A stretch of 20,627 nt of DNA from Chrysomallon squamiferum (taxonomy: Eukaryota > Animalia > Mollusca): assembly GCA_012295275.1 (NCBI GenBank), contig SMMR01000017.1:1-20627 (forward strand). The letters are read 5' to 3'. The notes beneath the pieces were generated by a model. That model searched no databases. It was not told the DNA's origin and saw nothing but the letters and a program-made list of their open reading frames with translations. The position numbers and the translations under genes are program-made. Positions 1-11,900 of this stretch are shown piece after piece. Numbering within the stretch: position 1 is the first letter of the stretch; the number at the start of each line of letters is the position of its first letter.

Positions 1-3000
1 TATGCAAGTTTCTAAGTAAGTGAGAATGCAATTAAATTATTATTAATAAATTATCTAAATAAATAAAAATTAAGTAATTACGTAAATAGTGACCTAAGTA
101 AGCAAGGAAGCAAGTAACTAAGTAAATCAGAATGGAAGTCACTACATTTTACAACACATGTGAGTGTTACTACTTAACTAATGTCATAAGTTAGCAAGGG
201 AGCCAGTAAATAAAACCTAACTTCCTACATTAACAATGATCTAACTAACAAAAGTAAGTAAAAGTACGTAAATAGTGATCCTGATGGCAGGGAAGAGCAA
301 CTAAGAGAGAAATGCAAATTTGTACCTTAACAATTATCTAAGTAAGAACGTAATTAATTAAATTGACAAGTAAGCAAGGATGCAAGTTACTAAGTTAGGG
401 TAGAATGCAAATACAAGTACGATAAATAATGACATAAGTAAGAGAAATAAATTTAGTATGTGTTAAATGCTAACAACATGGAGAAGACTGAGTCTAAAAT
501 GGGGACTTAAATAAGTAACTAAGGAAGGAAAGAGAATAAGTAAGAGAATTAAATTATAAGTTCATGTGAGTAAGAATGTGAGTAAGTGTTTAACTATGAC
601 CTAAGTTGGGAGGAAGAGAAAAGTGGTAATTAAATAGTAACCTAAGTAAGAACATTAACAATTATCTAACTAAGAAATAAATTAAGTACGTAAGTAAATA
701 ATGACATAAGTAAGCAATTGTGCAGGTGTTATGGAGTGCAAGGAGGGAATGCAAGTGGGACATTGTGTGGTTATCTAAGGAATAAATAAATTAAGTGGGA
801 ATTGTGTAAATAGTGACCAAGAAAGCAAGGAGACAAGTAATCAAGTAAATCAGACCGGAAGTCAATTTTAGAACAGTTATGTGTGTAGGAGTAAGGGATG
901 TAGGCTTTGCTTGTGTCTCATGGGTTGTAGGGGCCAGGTTGGTAGAGTAGCTAGTATGACTGCAGTGTATTGGTCTAGCTATGAGCAAGGGTAGGTGGGG
1001 TGCGTGGAAATTGGTGATCTAAGATGGGAAGGAAGGCGGCAAGGAAGGTACAAGGTTTTGTTGCATTTAGCAATTATGTATGGTAGGGGCAATTAAGTAC
1101 GTTGCATAATGACCTAAGTAAACCCAGGGATGCAGAGTTGCTAAAGTTAGAAGAAGTTAATGGGAGTTACGTTAACAATTTATCTAGAATGAAAATAAAT
1201 TTAGCATGAAATGGTGGAGCTAAATAAGGGAAGGAAACAAAGTAGCAACTTCTAGAAAATGAGAGAATGGTGCAAATCATTAAATTAACAATTATATGTG
1301 AGTAAGAATGTATGAAAGTGTTAGCTAGTGACCCGTGGGTTGGCAGAATAAATAAACAAAAAATAGTAACCTAAAGTAAAGTACATTTTGCATTTAACAA
1401 AATTAAATCAAATTAAGTAGAACAAATTAATAGTAGAAAGTATACATGATCTTAAAATTATACAGGTTTCTATATGTGTGTGAGAATGCAAAGTAGAAAT
1501 TTACATTAACAATGATTATCTAAATGTAAATAAATTAAGTAATTACATTAAATGAAGCCTCAGTAAGCAAGAGGGAAACAAATTAACTAGAGTAAATCCA
1601 TAGAATGGGGAAGTCAATTTACATTTGAATTGACTAAAGATGGTAAGTAAGTGGTACCTAATGCTTCCTGGAGTTGGCAAGCCAGAGAGTAGAAGTTAGT
1701 AAATAAGTAATAAGTCCAACTACATTAACAATGATCTAACTAAGAAACAGAGTAAATATGTACAAAAAATGAGTGATCTAAGTTGAAGGGAAAGGCAGAG
1801 CAACTAAGAGTATATCCTACAGATTTGTACATTAGCAATTTATCTAAAATTGGGAACATGGAGAATTAAGTGCATGAAATGAAGAAATAAATGGCTTAAA
1901 GGGATGCAGAGTTACTAAGTTCAGGTAGGAGACAAGTTAGTAAGTTAACAATTTATCTAAGTAAGAACTAAATTTAATACTTGCATGGTAAATGGTGGAG
2001 AGACTAATTTAAATAAGGAAGGAGATCAAAGTAACTAAATTAAGTAGGGATGGTAGTCAATTGCATTTAATTTATGTGAGTAATGAAATGTGCCAAGGAA
2101 GTGTTTAACTAGTGACCCCTAGAAGTTAAGAGGGAAGAGGAGAATAAGAAATTAAGTAAATGAAACCTAAGTAGAATTAAATTTAACAATTATCTAACTA
2201 AAACAAATTAATTGCATGGTATATGAAATGACCTAAATTAAGAAATTAAATGCAGGTTTCTATGTGTGGTAGGGATGCAGAGTAGGTACATTTTAACATT
2301 TATCTAAGTAATAAAATGGATTAAAAGTGAATTAAGTAAATGAGTCCTGCCCTAAATAAACCAAGGAGCTTAGGTAATGGAGTAAATCAGGATGGATCAG
2401 TGTACATTTGTGGTGGGATGGAATGCTGCTTGGCTTAACTAAATGCTTAAGTTGTAGGGAATGATAGGTAGGTTTGGTAGGTAGCCTAACTAAAATTAAT
2501 TTGTGATTCCCAGTGATCCTGGCAAGAGCAAAGTAGAGTAGAATTGCATGGAAATGGTGAATCTAGGATGGCAGGAAGCCCAGGCAACTAAGGAAAATGC
2601 AAATTTGTACATTAACAGTTATCTAAGTAGGAGACATTAATTAGGTACAAAGTAAAACAAAATATATGAAACAAGCATGTGGGATGCAAGTTACTAAATT
2701 TAGGGAAATACAGTTGTTACGTTAGAGTTAATGATTATCTAAGTAAGAAATAAATTTTAAGTACTTACACATGGAAATGGTGGCCTTAAAATGAGGAAGG
2801 AACAAGTAACTAAGTAAATTTAGGAATGCTAGTCATTACATTAGCAATTATGTTGGTGGAATGTAGAGATGGGGTGTTTTAACTAGTGACCTTGGTTTAG
2901 GAGGAAGAGATTAAGAATAGAAATACAGAGCCTAGAAATAGTAACCCTAAGTATGATTTAACAATTTATCTAACAAAGGAAACAAATTAGGTAGAGGAGA

Positions 3001-6000
3001 GTGGGCATAATGACCCTAAGATAAACAGGTGGGTTTTTCTTGGTAGGTTGGGGATGCAAGTAAGATTTACATTGTGATTTATCTAAAGTAATAAATAAAG
3101 TAAAAGTAATTAAAAGTAAAATGGTGACCTAAAGGTAGGCAAGGAGGCAGATAATAAGCTAAAATCAGGATGGAGTCAGTGCATTTTTGTTATGTGGGCA
3201 GAATATGAAGTGACTTGTCTAACTAGTACAGATGGGGTTGGAAGGGGCCAGTGGGTTAAAGGTGAAATAGTAGCCTAAAGGTAACTTCATTAGCATTGAT
3301 CTAGCTAGGGAACAAAGTGAAGAAAGTGCAATAAATGAGTGATCTAAGATCTAGGCAATGGCTTGAGCAACTAAGAGAAAGGAAATGCAAGGTTTAATGG
3401 CACAGTTGTTCTATTATCTAGAACATAATTAAATTGCAGCCCTGAAATAATGACATAAATAAGCAAAAGGGATGCAGGTTGCTAAGTTAGGTGGAAATAA
3501 GCAGAAATTATTAAAGACGTTAACTCAATTATCTAAGTGAAAGAAGTTGGTGAATTTAGTATCTGAAGTAAAAGGGAGTAAGGCTAAATAGGGAGGGGCA
3601 AAAATGGCTAAGTAAAATTGTAAGTGAGACAAGTCATTAGTCATTTAACAATTTATGTGAGTGGGAATGTTGGTGGGAGGTGTTTTAACTGGTGACCAGG
3701 TTGAGAGAGGAATAGAATAAAAGTAAATGGTAAGTAAACTAAAGGAATTTTTAACAGTTATCAACTCAAGAACAGAGTTAGTGGAAATTGGAGGGGTGTA
3801 TGGAAAGAAACTAGGTGTGCAGGGGTTTTCTGTGTAGTGGGGTAGAGGATGCCAAGAAATACATTTAATGCATTAAACAATTTATCTAAAATAAAATGGA
3901 ATTAAGTAATTAAGTGAAAATAGTGACCTAAAGTAAGCAGGAAGCAAGGGACTAAGTAATTAGAATCCAGGATGGAAGTCAGTACATTTTACAATTATGC
4001 AGGTAACAGTAAGTAACTGCTCCAACTGAAATGTCTCATGGTTGTAGGGAGCCCAGTAGAGTTAGTAAGAAATAGTAGCCCTAAGTAGCTACATTTAGCA
4101 GTGATCTAACTAAAAGAAACAAAGTAAATGAAAGTACGTAGAGAAATGAAGTGATCCTAAGATGCAGGAGGCAGGCAACTAAAAAAAATACAAATTTGTA
4201 CATTAACAATTTATCTAAGTAAGAACAAAATTAAAATTACATAAACAAACCTAAAGCAACAAGTAACCAAGAATTACTAAGTTAGTCAGAACATATAGTA
4301 AGGCAGTGCTATTATCCTAAAAGTAAAAACTACATTAAACCCACACAAAATAGTAAAGCTAAATAAGAGGAAAGAAGGAAACAAAGTAACTAAGTAAGGA
4401 CAGTGAGAATAGTAAAAAAGTCTATTAACAATTATGTGGAAGTAAGAATGTGAGTAAGGTGGTGTTTAACTGGTGACCCCTAAGTTAGCAGGGAAGAGAA
4501 TACATTAAGTAGTAAAAGTAACCCTAGTAATTACATTAGCAATTATCTAACTAAGAAAAACAAATTAATAAATTAAATAAATGAAAACAGGCTTAGGTAT
4601 ACAAGTTTTTTAAGTATGAGGTTTGAAGAATGAAGTACATTAACAATTATCTAAGTATTAAAATAAATAATTAAGTAAATTAGTAAATGGTGACCTAAAG
4701 TGAAACAGGGAAGCAGGTAACTAAAGTAAAATCAGGAATGGAAGTCAATTGTTTTTTAATTATGTGTAAGATAGAATGGCAAAGTAACTAAAAATGTCAT
4801 AAGTTAACATGATTAGAAGTTCCAAGTAAATAGTAACCTAAGTAACATTCACAATTATCCTAACTAACAAAAAACAAGTAAAGTGCAGTGCAGTAAATGA
4901 GTGATCTAAAGATGGGAAGGAAGCGACAACTAAGAGAAAAAATGCAAATTTTTGTACATTAACAATTATCTAAGTATAGTGCAAGTAATTAAAGTAAACA
5001 AAAGTATAAAAAAAAGCAGGATGCACTAGAAGTTGGTGAGATGGAGTTAATTACGTTAACAGTTATCTAAGTAAAAGGGAAATAAATTTAATACCTACGT
5101 GGAAATAGTGGGCTAAATAGGGGGAAACAAGTAACTAGGTGGACAAGTAGGAAAGGAAGTCAATTTACATTTTAACAATTGTGGCAGGGACCAAGAATTT
5201 TTGGACAAATTAGGGGTGTTTAACTTGTAAATGACCCCCTAAATTAGAGGGAGAGACATAATTAAGTAAAACAAATAACCTAAGTAAATTGTACTAAATT
5301 AACAGTTATCTAAACAAAGTGGGTAGAAATTAAATAACAATTAATGTTGTAATAAAATAAAAAGTAAGGTGTGGGTTTTCTAAATAAATTGAGATGCAAA
5401 TGCAGGTAAATTTACATTAACCAATTTATCTAAGTAATAAAATAAATTAGAAAAGTAATTACGTAAGAATGGAGTCATACAGTAAGTAAGCAGAAAGTAG
5501 CTTCATTTAAGTCAGGGGAAATGGAAGTCAATTTTACATTTACAATTTATGCTTGAGATGTAAAGCCAAGTAACTAAATAACTAATGTCTAAGATGGGAG
5601 CCAAGAAAGGTTCATTAATTAGAACCCTAAGTTAAAAAGTATTTGCACCAGTGTCCATCAAAGTTCAAAGTTCAGGCAAAGTAAAAAGTTAGCCAATCAT
5701 GAAATGGTAGAAATACAGGAAACTGACAGCTAAAGAGAATTTGTAAAAATTTGTCAACAAATTGGGATTATTATAAGAGCAGTGGAAGAAAGTGACCTAA
5801 GTTGAAAGGTTAGAAATTGTAAGTAAATTGGAAAATGCAAGTTAGTTACTACGTTAGTCAGAATCTAAAAATAAATTTATATTGCTTTAATTATCTAAAA
5901 AACAAAATAAACAGTAAGCAAAGATGACTAATAATTTGCAAGACTAAATAAGTAAAAGAGGTGGCATTTGACAATTAAGTAGAGCCTGAAGATGGCAGGG

Positions 6001-6150
6001 AGAGTTCCAGGTTAATTAAATGAAATAATGACTTAAGTAGAGTAATTAACCCCTAATTGGAAACCTAAGAAATAAATTAAAAGGAAGAAATGAAATAAGG
6101 TAAGAATAAAATGGCAAACTAAATGTTTCCCATCAGAGTAGGAATGCATC
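1..6150. repeat. Left block: about 8 HOR copies in A-G order, noisy
   Basis: Marker spacings are 723, 747, 790, 778, 801, 766, 780 and 716 bp. Monomer order is kept, although several stretches are very degenerate and G-enriched. Confidence 0.88.
70..149 (+). repeat. Degenerate tetranucleotide (GTAA-type) periodicity inside monomer A
   Basis: From base 70 the sequence parses without gaps as ttaa gtaa ttac gtaa atag tgac ctaa gtaa gcaa ggaa gcaa gtaa ctaa gtaa atca gaat ggaa gtca ctac attt. Twelve of these 20 tetramers end in AA and five are exact GTAA. Confidence 0.85.
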
Positions 6151-8947
6151 TACATTAAAGGAATTAAAGATAATTAAGTAAACAGTAAAATGACCTAAGT
6201 GAAAATAAGCAGAGTTTCTAAAGTGAATCAGGATGGAGTCAGTGCATTTTACATTGAGAGTAAGAATGCCAAAATGGCTTGACTTAATCACCAGGAATAA
6301 TTAAAGGGAAAAAATGGGAGCCTAAATAAATGAATTGCAGAAACCAAATATGAACAGAAATCAGATTTATCTGTCAGTATGTCAGAAGATGGCAAAGAGT
6401 AATAGTAACCTAAATAGTGTGATACAAATTTGCAAAGGAACCAATTTATCTAGAGGGCAAGAAATTAAGTAAGAATTTTAACTATTAACAAATGATCCTA
6501 AGTTAGTAGGAAAACAAGTTCTAATTTTGCAGCCTAAGTAAATAAATGATATTAAGGAATGTAATAGGACTAAAAGCAATTTAATTGTGAGAATAATTTT
6601 TGTCATTAAATTAAAAAATAGAACATGAGTAAAATTTTTTAGTAATGGGCATGTTAAGTAAGTCAAATACCAAGTTAAACAAAAGTGAGAATAAATGAAG
6701 TAAATGCTATTGTCTAAAAATAACATTTTTATGTTATCAAAAAGATGCAGTTACTAGGATTGTGAGTAAATAATGCAAGAATTGAAATACCCAAGTTTCA
6801 ATTATCTCAATAAAAAATTTGGGAGTATAATTTAAAGAAATAGTGAAAACTAAATAAGGAATGAAACAAGTAACTAAGCTGGTTTAGAGATAAGGGAAGA
6901 CCCATACATTTAACAGTTATCAGTAAGGATATAAATTAGTGTTTAACCTAGCATCTAAGAAGAGGGAGAAAACAAATAATAGTTGAAAACCTAAAGTAAC
7001 CTAAGAAATTACATTTCAATTATCTAAGAAGGTAAAAGAATTAAAGTAGTAAATAATGACATAGAGTAAAAAAGGGATGCAGCACAAGTTTTCTAAAATA
7101 AGGAGGAAATTAGGGTAAGTACATTTAACAATTATCTAAGTATGAGACAAAATAATTAAGTAATGCGTAAAATGACCCAAGGAGTAAGATAAGGAAACAA
7201 ATAATACAAGTTGAAAAGTGCAGTGCAAGGTCAGTACATTTAACAATCATCTGGTAAAAAATAGATTAAATTATTTTGTGTAAATATTGAGGCTTAAATA
7301 AAAGGAAACAAAAATTCATAAATTGGTAGTACTAAAAGTAAATTTACATTAACAATTATCTAACTAAGAAACAAATTTTTAAGTAAGTAAAAGTAAATGA
7401 AAAAATAAAGGAAGTAAAACATGAACTAACTAAAAACATTATGGGTACAAAATTACTAACATTAACATTAATCTAAAGCAGAAGTAAAGATATGAGTATA
7501 ATTCAAGTATGCATCAGTGATTTAAAAGTTGCTTGAGGAATGCAGAGTAAGTACATTAATAATGTCCCTAAGTGGGATAAATTCAACAATTGGTGGGAAG
7601 GGGAGGTATTAAATGGTGTAGTCAAGCCATGCAAAAAAGTAAACCAATGGGTTTTCTAGATTTAGTCTAGGAATGCAAGGTAGGAGATGGGCCAGCTAGG
7701 AGTGCTCTGGTTGTGCATTTAAAGTTGTTAGTTAGGGGGAGGACTTGAATTAGAAAGGCATGTAAAGAGCTGCATTACAAATCAAGGGAGAAACCAGTTG
7801 GTGGAGATGCATGAAAGTAAATTGCAGATAACAATTTAAGGAGAAATGGATTCAGTACTTGGGCCAGTGGGCTAAGCAGCAAAGGCAAGTGAAAGCTAAA
7901 ATGAAACTACAGCCTAAATGTAAGTCATTTGCATTAACAAAGTTATGTGTGGGAGTGCAAATGTAAGAAGTTAACAATGAAATCTAAGTAGACTGGCAGG
8001 GGAGGATGGTAAGTGAATGCAAGGTAGTAGGCCTAAGTGGGTGCATTTATGGTAAGAGGAAATCAAGATCAAAGTGGTGTATGGAAATGGTGAGTCTAGG
8101 AAACACTAAGAGAAGTACAGATTTGTGCATTCCTAATTTATCCTAGGAACGTGGTGTTAAATGGAAGGATAGTAACCAGTGTGCAGGGATGCAGCTTACT
8201 GTAAGTGGGAATTCAAGTAAAACATTTCCCACTAAGAAATAAATTCAGAGTTAGCATTAAAAATAAAGGCCCTAACTAAATTCAATTGGAAACAAGTAAC
8301 CTAAAGCAAATTTACATTGTGATTCATTAACAATTATGTAACTAAGAATGTAAGTAAGTGCGTAAAATGACTAAGTAAGCAAGTTGTGGGGACTAAGAAT
8401 AGGAGAAGCAGGAAGCAATTAAAGGAAAGTAAAGAATAATTTTAGACATTAACAATTATCTAAGTATGGAAACAAGTAAACAAATTTGATAAATGTCCTA
8501 TTGACCTAGTGGCCCAGGATGCAGGTTACTAAGTTGGGAGGGATAGAAGCAAGTTACAGGATAACTAGTTATCTCTAAAATATCTAAGTAAAGAAATAAA
8601 TTTAGTACTTACTGGTTCAAATGGTGGGGTAGGCCTAATGGAGAACAATTAACTAAAGTGAAGAGTGAAACAGGAGATGCTAAAGTCAGATGGAGTATTT
8701 AACAATTGTGTAGTAAGAATGGGACTTGTGTGTAAAGTGTTGCAGGGGCCAGTGGACTAAAGTTGAGGAAGAGAATAAATAAGTAAATGAACAGTTGCAG
8801 CAAAACAAAGTAAAATACATTGTTGTTATCTAACTAAGGAAACAAAATTAATTAGAAATTAGTTAAATAAATGATTGGTGAGGAAGAAGTAGAAATTAAG
8901 TAAATGCAGGTTTCTACAAGTAAGGGAAAGAGTGAATGGGAGTAAAT
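6151..8947. repeat. Degenerate, out-of-register part of the array with non-canonical monomer order
   Basis: It is still built from the same monomers (TACATTAACAATTATCTAAC at 7345, GGATGCAGGTTACTAAG at 8517). However, the A-end marker jumps from 6228 to 9038 (2810 bp, about 3.6 periods) and D-end motifs recur only 330 bp apart (8187, 8517). Confidence 0.7.
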
Positions 8948-11900
8948 TACATTAACAATTATCTAAGTAAAATGGAAATTAAGTAATTGCATAAAATGGT
9001 AGCCCTAAGTAAGCAGGGGAATGTCAGTGAAAGGTGATCAGGAATGGAGTCATTTTACATTTGCATTATGTCAAAGGGAATGATATAAGAAGCTTAAAAG
9101 CTGTTTCATAAGTTGGAAAGGGGCCAGATAAGTTAAGTAAAAATGATAACCCTAGAGTAGTACATTAACAATTTATCTAACTGAAAGAAAAGTAAGTGAA
9201 ATTGCGTAAATATGTGATCCTAAGATGGGAAGGAAGGCAGACAACTAAGAGAATGCAAAATTTGTACATTTAACAGTTATCTAAGTAAGAAATAAATTTA
9301 ATTGTAACATAAAATAGCCCTAACCTAAAGTAAGCAAGGATGCAAGTTACTAAGTTAGGGAGATGCAAGTACATTTACAATTATCTAAGTAAAGAAATAA
9401 ATTTGGTACTTGCAAATAAAATGGTGAGGCTAAATGGGAGGAAGCAAGTAACTAAGTAAGAGTATGAATGCAAGTCATTACATTAACAATTTATGTGAGT
9501 AAAAGGAATGCTAAGAGTGTTTAAATAGTGACCCCTAAGTTGGGAGGGGAGAATAAGTAAGTAAGAAATAGTAACCTAAGTAAGTACATTAACAGTTATC
9601 TAACTAAAAATAAAATTAAATTTAAGTGCATGAAAATGGTAGACCTAAATAAATCTGGGATGCAAGTTTCTAAGTAGGAAAGGAATGCAAAAAGTAAATT
9701 GCATTTAACAATTATCTAAGTAATAAATGAAATTAATTAATTATGAAATAAAGTGACCCTAAGTAAGCAAGGAGCAAGTAGCTAAGTAGAGTCAGGATGG
9801 AGTCAGTACATTTTACAATTATTGAAATAAGGTAAAATGTAAATTAACTTCTTAACTAATGTCATAAAGTTAGCTTAGGGGGACCCAGTAGGTTTAGTAA
9901 ATGGTAGCCTAAAGTAAGTACATTGCATTAACAATCTATCTAACTAAGAAACAAAGTAAGTGAAGTGCATGAAAGTAGTGATGAGGAGGATGCCAGAGGA
10001 GGCAGGCAACTAAGGAGAAATGCAAATTTGTACATTAACAATTATCTAAAGTAAGAGTAATTAATAAGTGTAATGAAATAATGGCCCTAAGTAAGCAAGG
10101 ATGCAGAGTTACTAAGTTGGTAGGAATGCAAGTTAATGCATTAACAATTATCTAAGTAAGAATAAATTTAAGTACTTGCATGAAAAATGTGTAGGCCCTA
10201 AATAAGGAGGAGCAAACAAGTAACTAAGTGAAAGTGGGAATGCTGAGTCATTACACATTAACAATTATGTGAGTAAGAATGTAAGTAAAGTGTTTTAACT
10301 CAAGTGACCCTAAAGTTGGGAGGGAGGGAATAGAAATAAAAAAAAGTAACCTAAGTAAGTACATTAACAATTTATCTAACTAAGAAGAAAATTAAGTAAG
10401 TAAATAAATAATAGTAGTGGAACTAAGAAAGCAGGGTATGCAGGTTTCTAAGTAAGGTAGGAATGCAAGTAAATTACATTAACAGTTATCTAAGTAATGG
10501 AAATAAATTAAGTAATTGCATGTAAATAATGACCCTAGTACCTAAGTAAGCAGGAAGCAAGTAAGCTAAGTAAAATCAGGATGGAGTCAGTACATTTTAC
10601 AGTTATGTGATGTAACAATGTAAAAGTAACAACTTAACTAAGTGTCATAAGTTTAGGGGGAAGTAACTAAGTTAAATAAATAGTAACCTAAGTAGTGCAT
10701 TAACAATTTATCTAACTAAGAACAAAGTAAGTAAGTTATGAAAAAATGGTGATCTAGGATGGAAGGGGGAGGCAGAGCAGCTAAGGAGAAATACAAATTT
10801 GTACATTAACAATTATCTAAGTGGGAGACATAATTAAATTGCATGAAATAATGCCTACCTAAGTAAGCAAGGGATGCAGGTTACTAAGTTGGTAGGAATG
10901 CAAGAGTAAGTACGTTAACAATTATCTAAGTAAAAGAATAAATTTTAGTACTTACATGGAAATGGTAGGCCCTAAAAGGGAAGGAACAAGTAGCTAAGTA
11001 GGAAGTAGGAGATGGGAGTCATTTCATTAACAATTATATGAGTAAGGAATGGAAGAGTAAAGTGTGTTTAACTAGTGACCCTAAGTTGAGAGGGAGGAAT
11101 AGAATAAGTAAATGAAATAGTAGCCTAAAAGTAAGTACATTAACAATTTATCTAACTAAAGAGAACAAATTAAATTAAGTAAAGTAAAATAAATAAGCCT
11201 AAGTAAGCCAGGTATGCAGGTTTTTCTAAAGTAAGTGAGGAATGCAAAGTAAGTGCATTAAACAAGTTATCTAAGTAATGGAAATAAATTAAGTAATTGC
11301 ATAAAATGGTGACCCTAAGTAAGTAAAGCAGGAGGCCAAGTAACTAAAGTAAAGTCAGGGATGGAGTCAGTACATTTTACAATTATGTAAGTAAAAGAAT
11401 AAGTAACTACTTAACTAGTATCATTAAGTTTGTAGGGGGCCAGTGAAGTTAAGTAAAATAGTAGTAGCCTAAAGTAGCAATTGCATTAACAATTATCTAA
11501 CTAAGAACAAACAAAGTAAGTAAAGTGCAGTAAAAAATGATGATCTAGGATGGCAGGGAGCAGGCAACTAAGAGAGAAAATGCAAATTTGTACATTAACA
11601 ATTTATCTAAGTAAAGGAATAATTAAATTACATGTGAAATAATGGCCCTAAGTAAGCAAGGATGCAAGTTACTAAGTGGTGAGGAATGCACAAGTTAAGT
11701 ACATTAACAATCTATCTAAGTAAGAGAATAAATTTAAGTACTTACATAAAAAAGTGACTAGGCTAAATAAGGAGAACAAGTAGCTAAGTAAAAGTAGGAA
11801 TGCTAGTCATTACATTTAACAATTGTAAGAGTAAGAATGTAAGTAAGTGTTTAAACTAGTGTCCCCTAAGTTGGAGGGAGAGAGAATAATAAGTAAAGTA

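Noticed and set aside
791-988. 65-aa minus-strand ORF
   Set aside because: It lies in a noisy repeat copy where substitutions removed stop codons. It is not open in the other ~25 copies, and its L/T/Y/I-rich tail is what a degenerate (TTAC)n strand translates to.
5560-5800. Possible unique insertion in the array
   Set aside because: Remnants of monomers B, C and D can still be traced (TAACTAATGTCTAAG near 5580, CAGCTAAAGAGAA..AAATTTGT at 5727-5754) and the unit spacing is kept, so this is degenerate repeat and not foreign DNA.
6478-6726. 82-aa minus-strand ORF
   Set aside because: It lies in the most degenerate part of the array, has low-complexity L/F/I/Y composition, shows no recognisable domain and is not conserved between copies.
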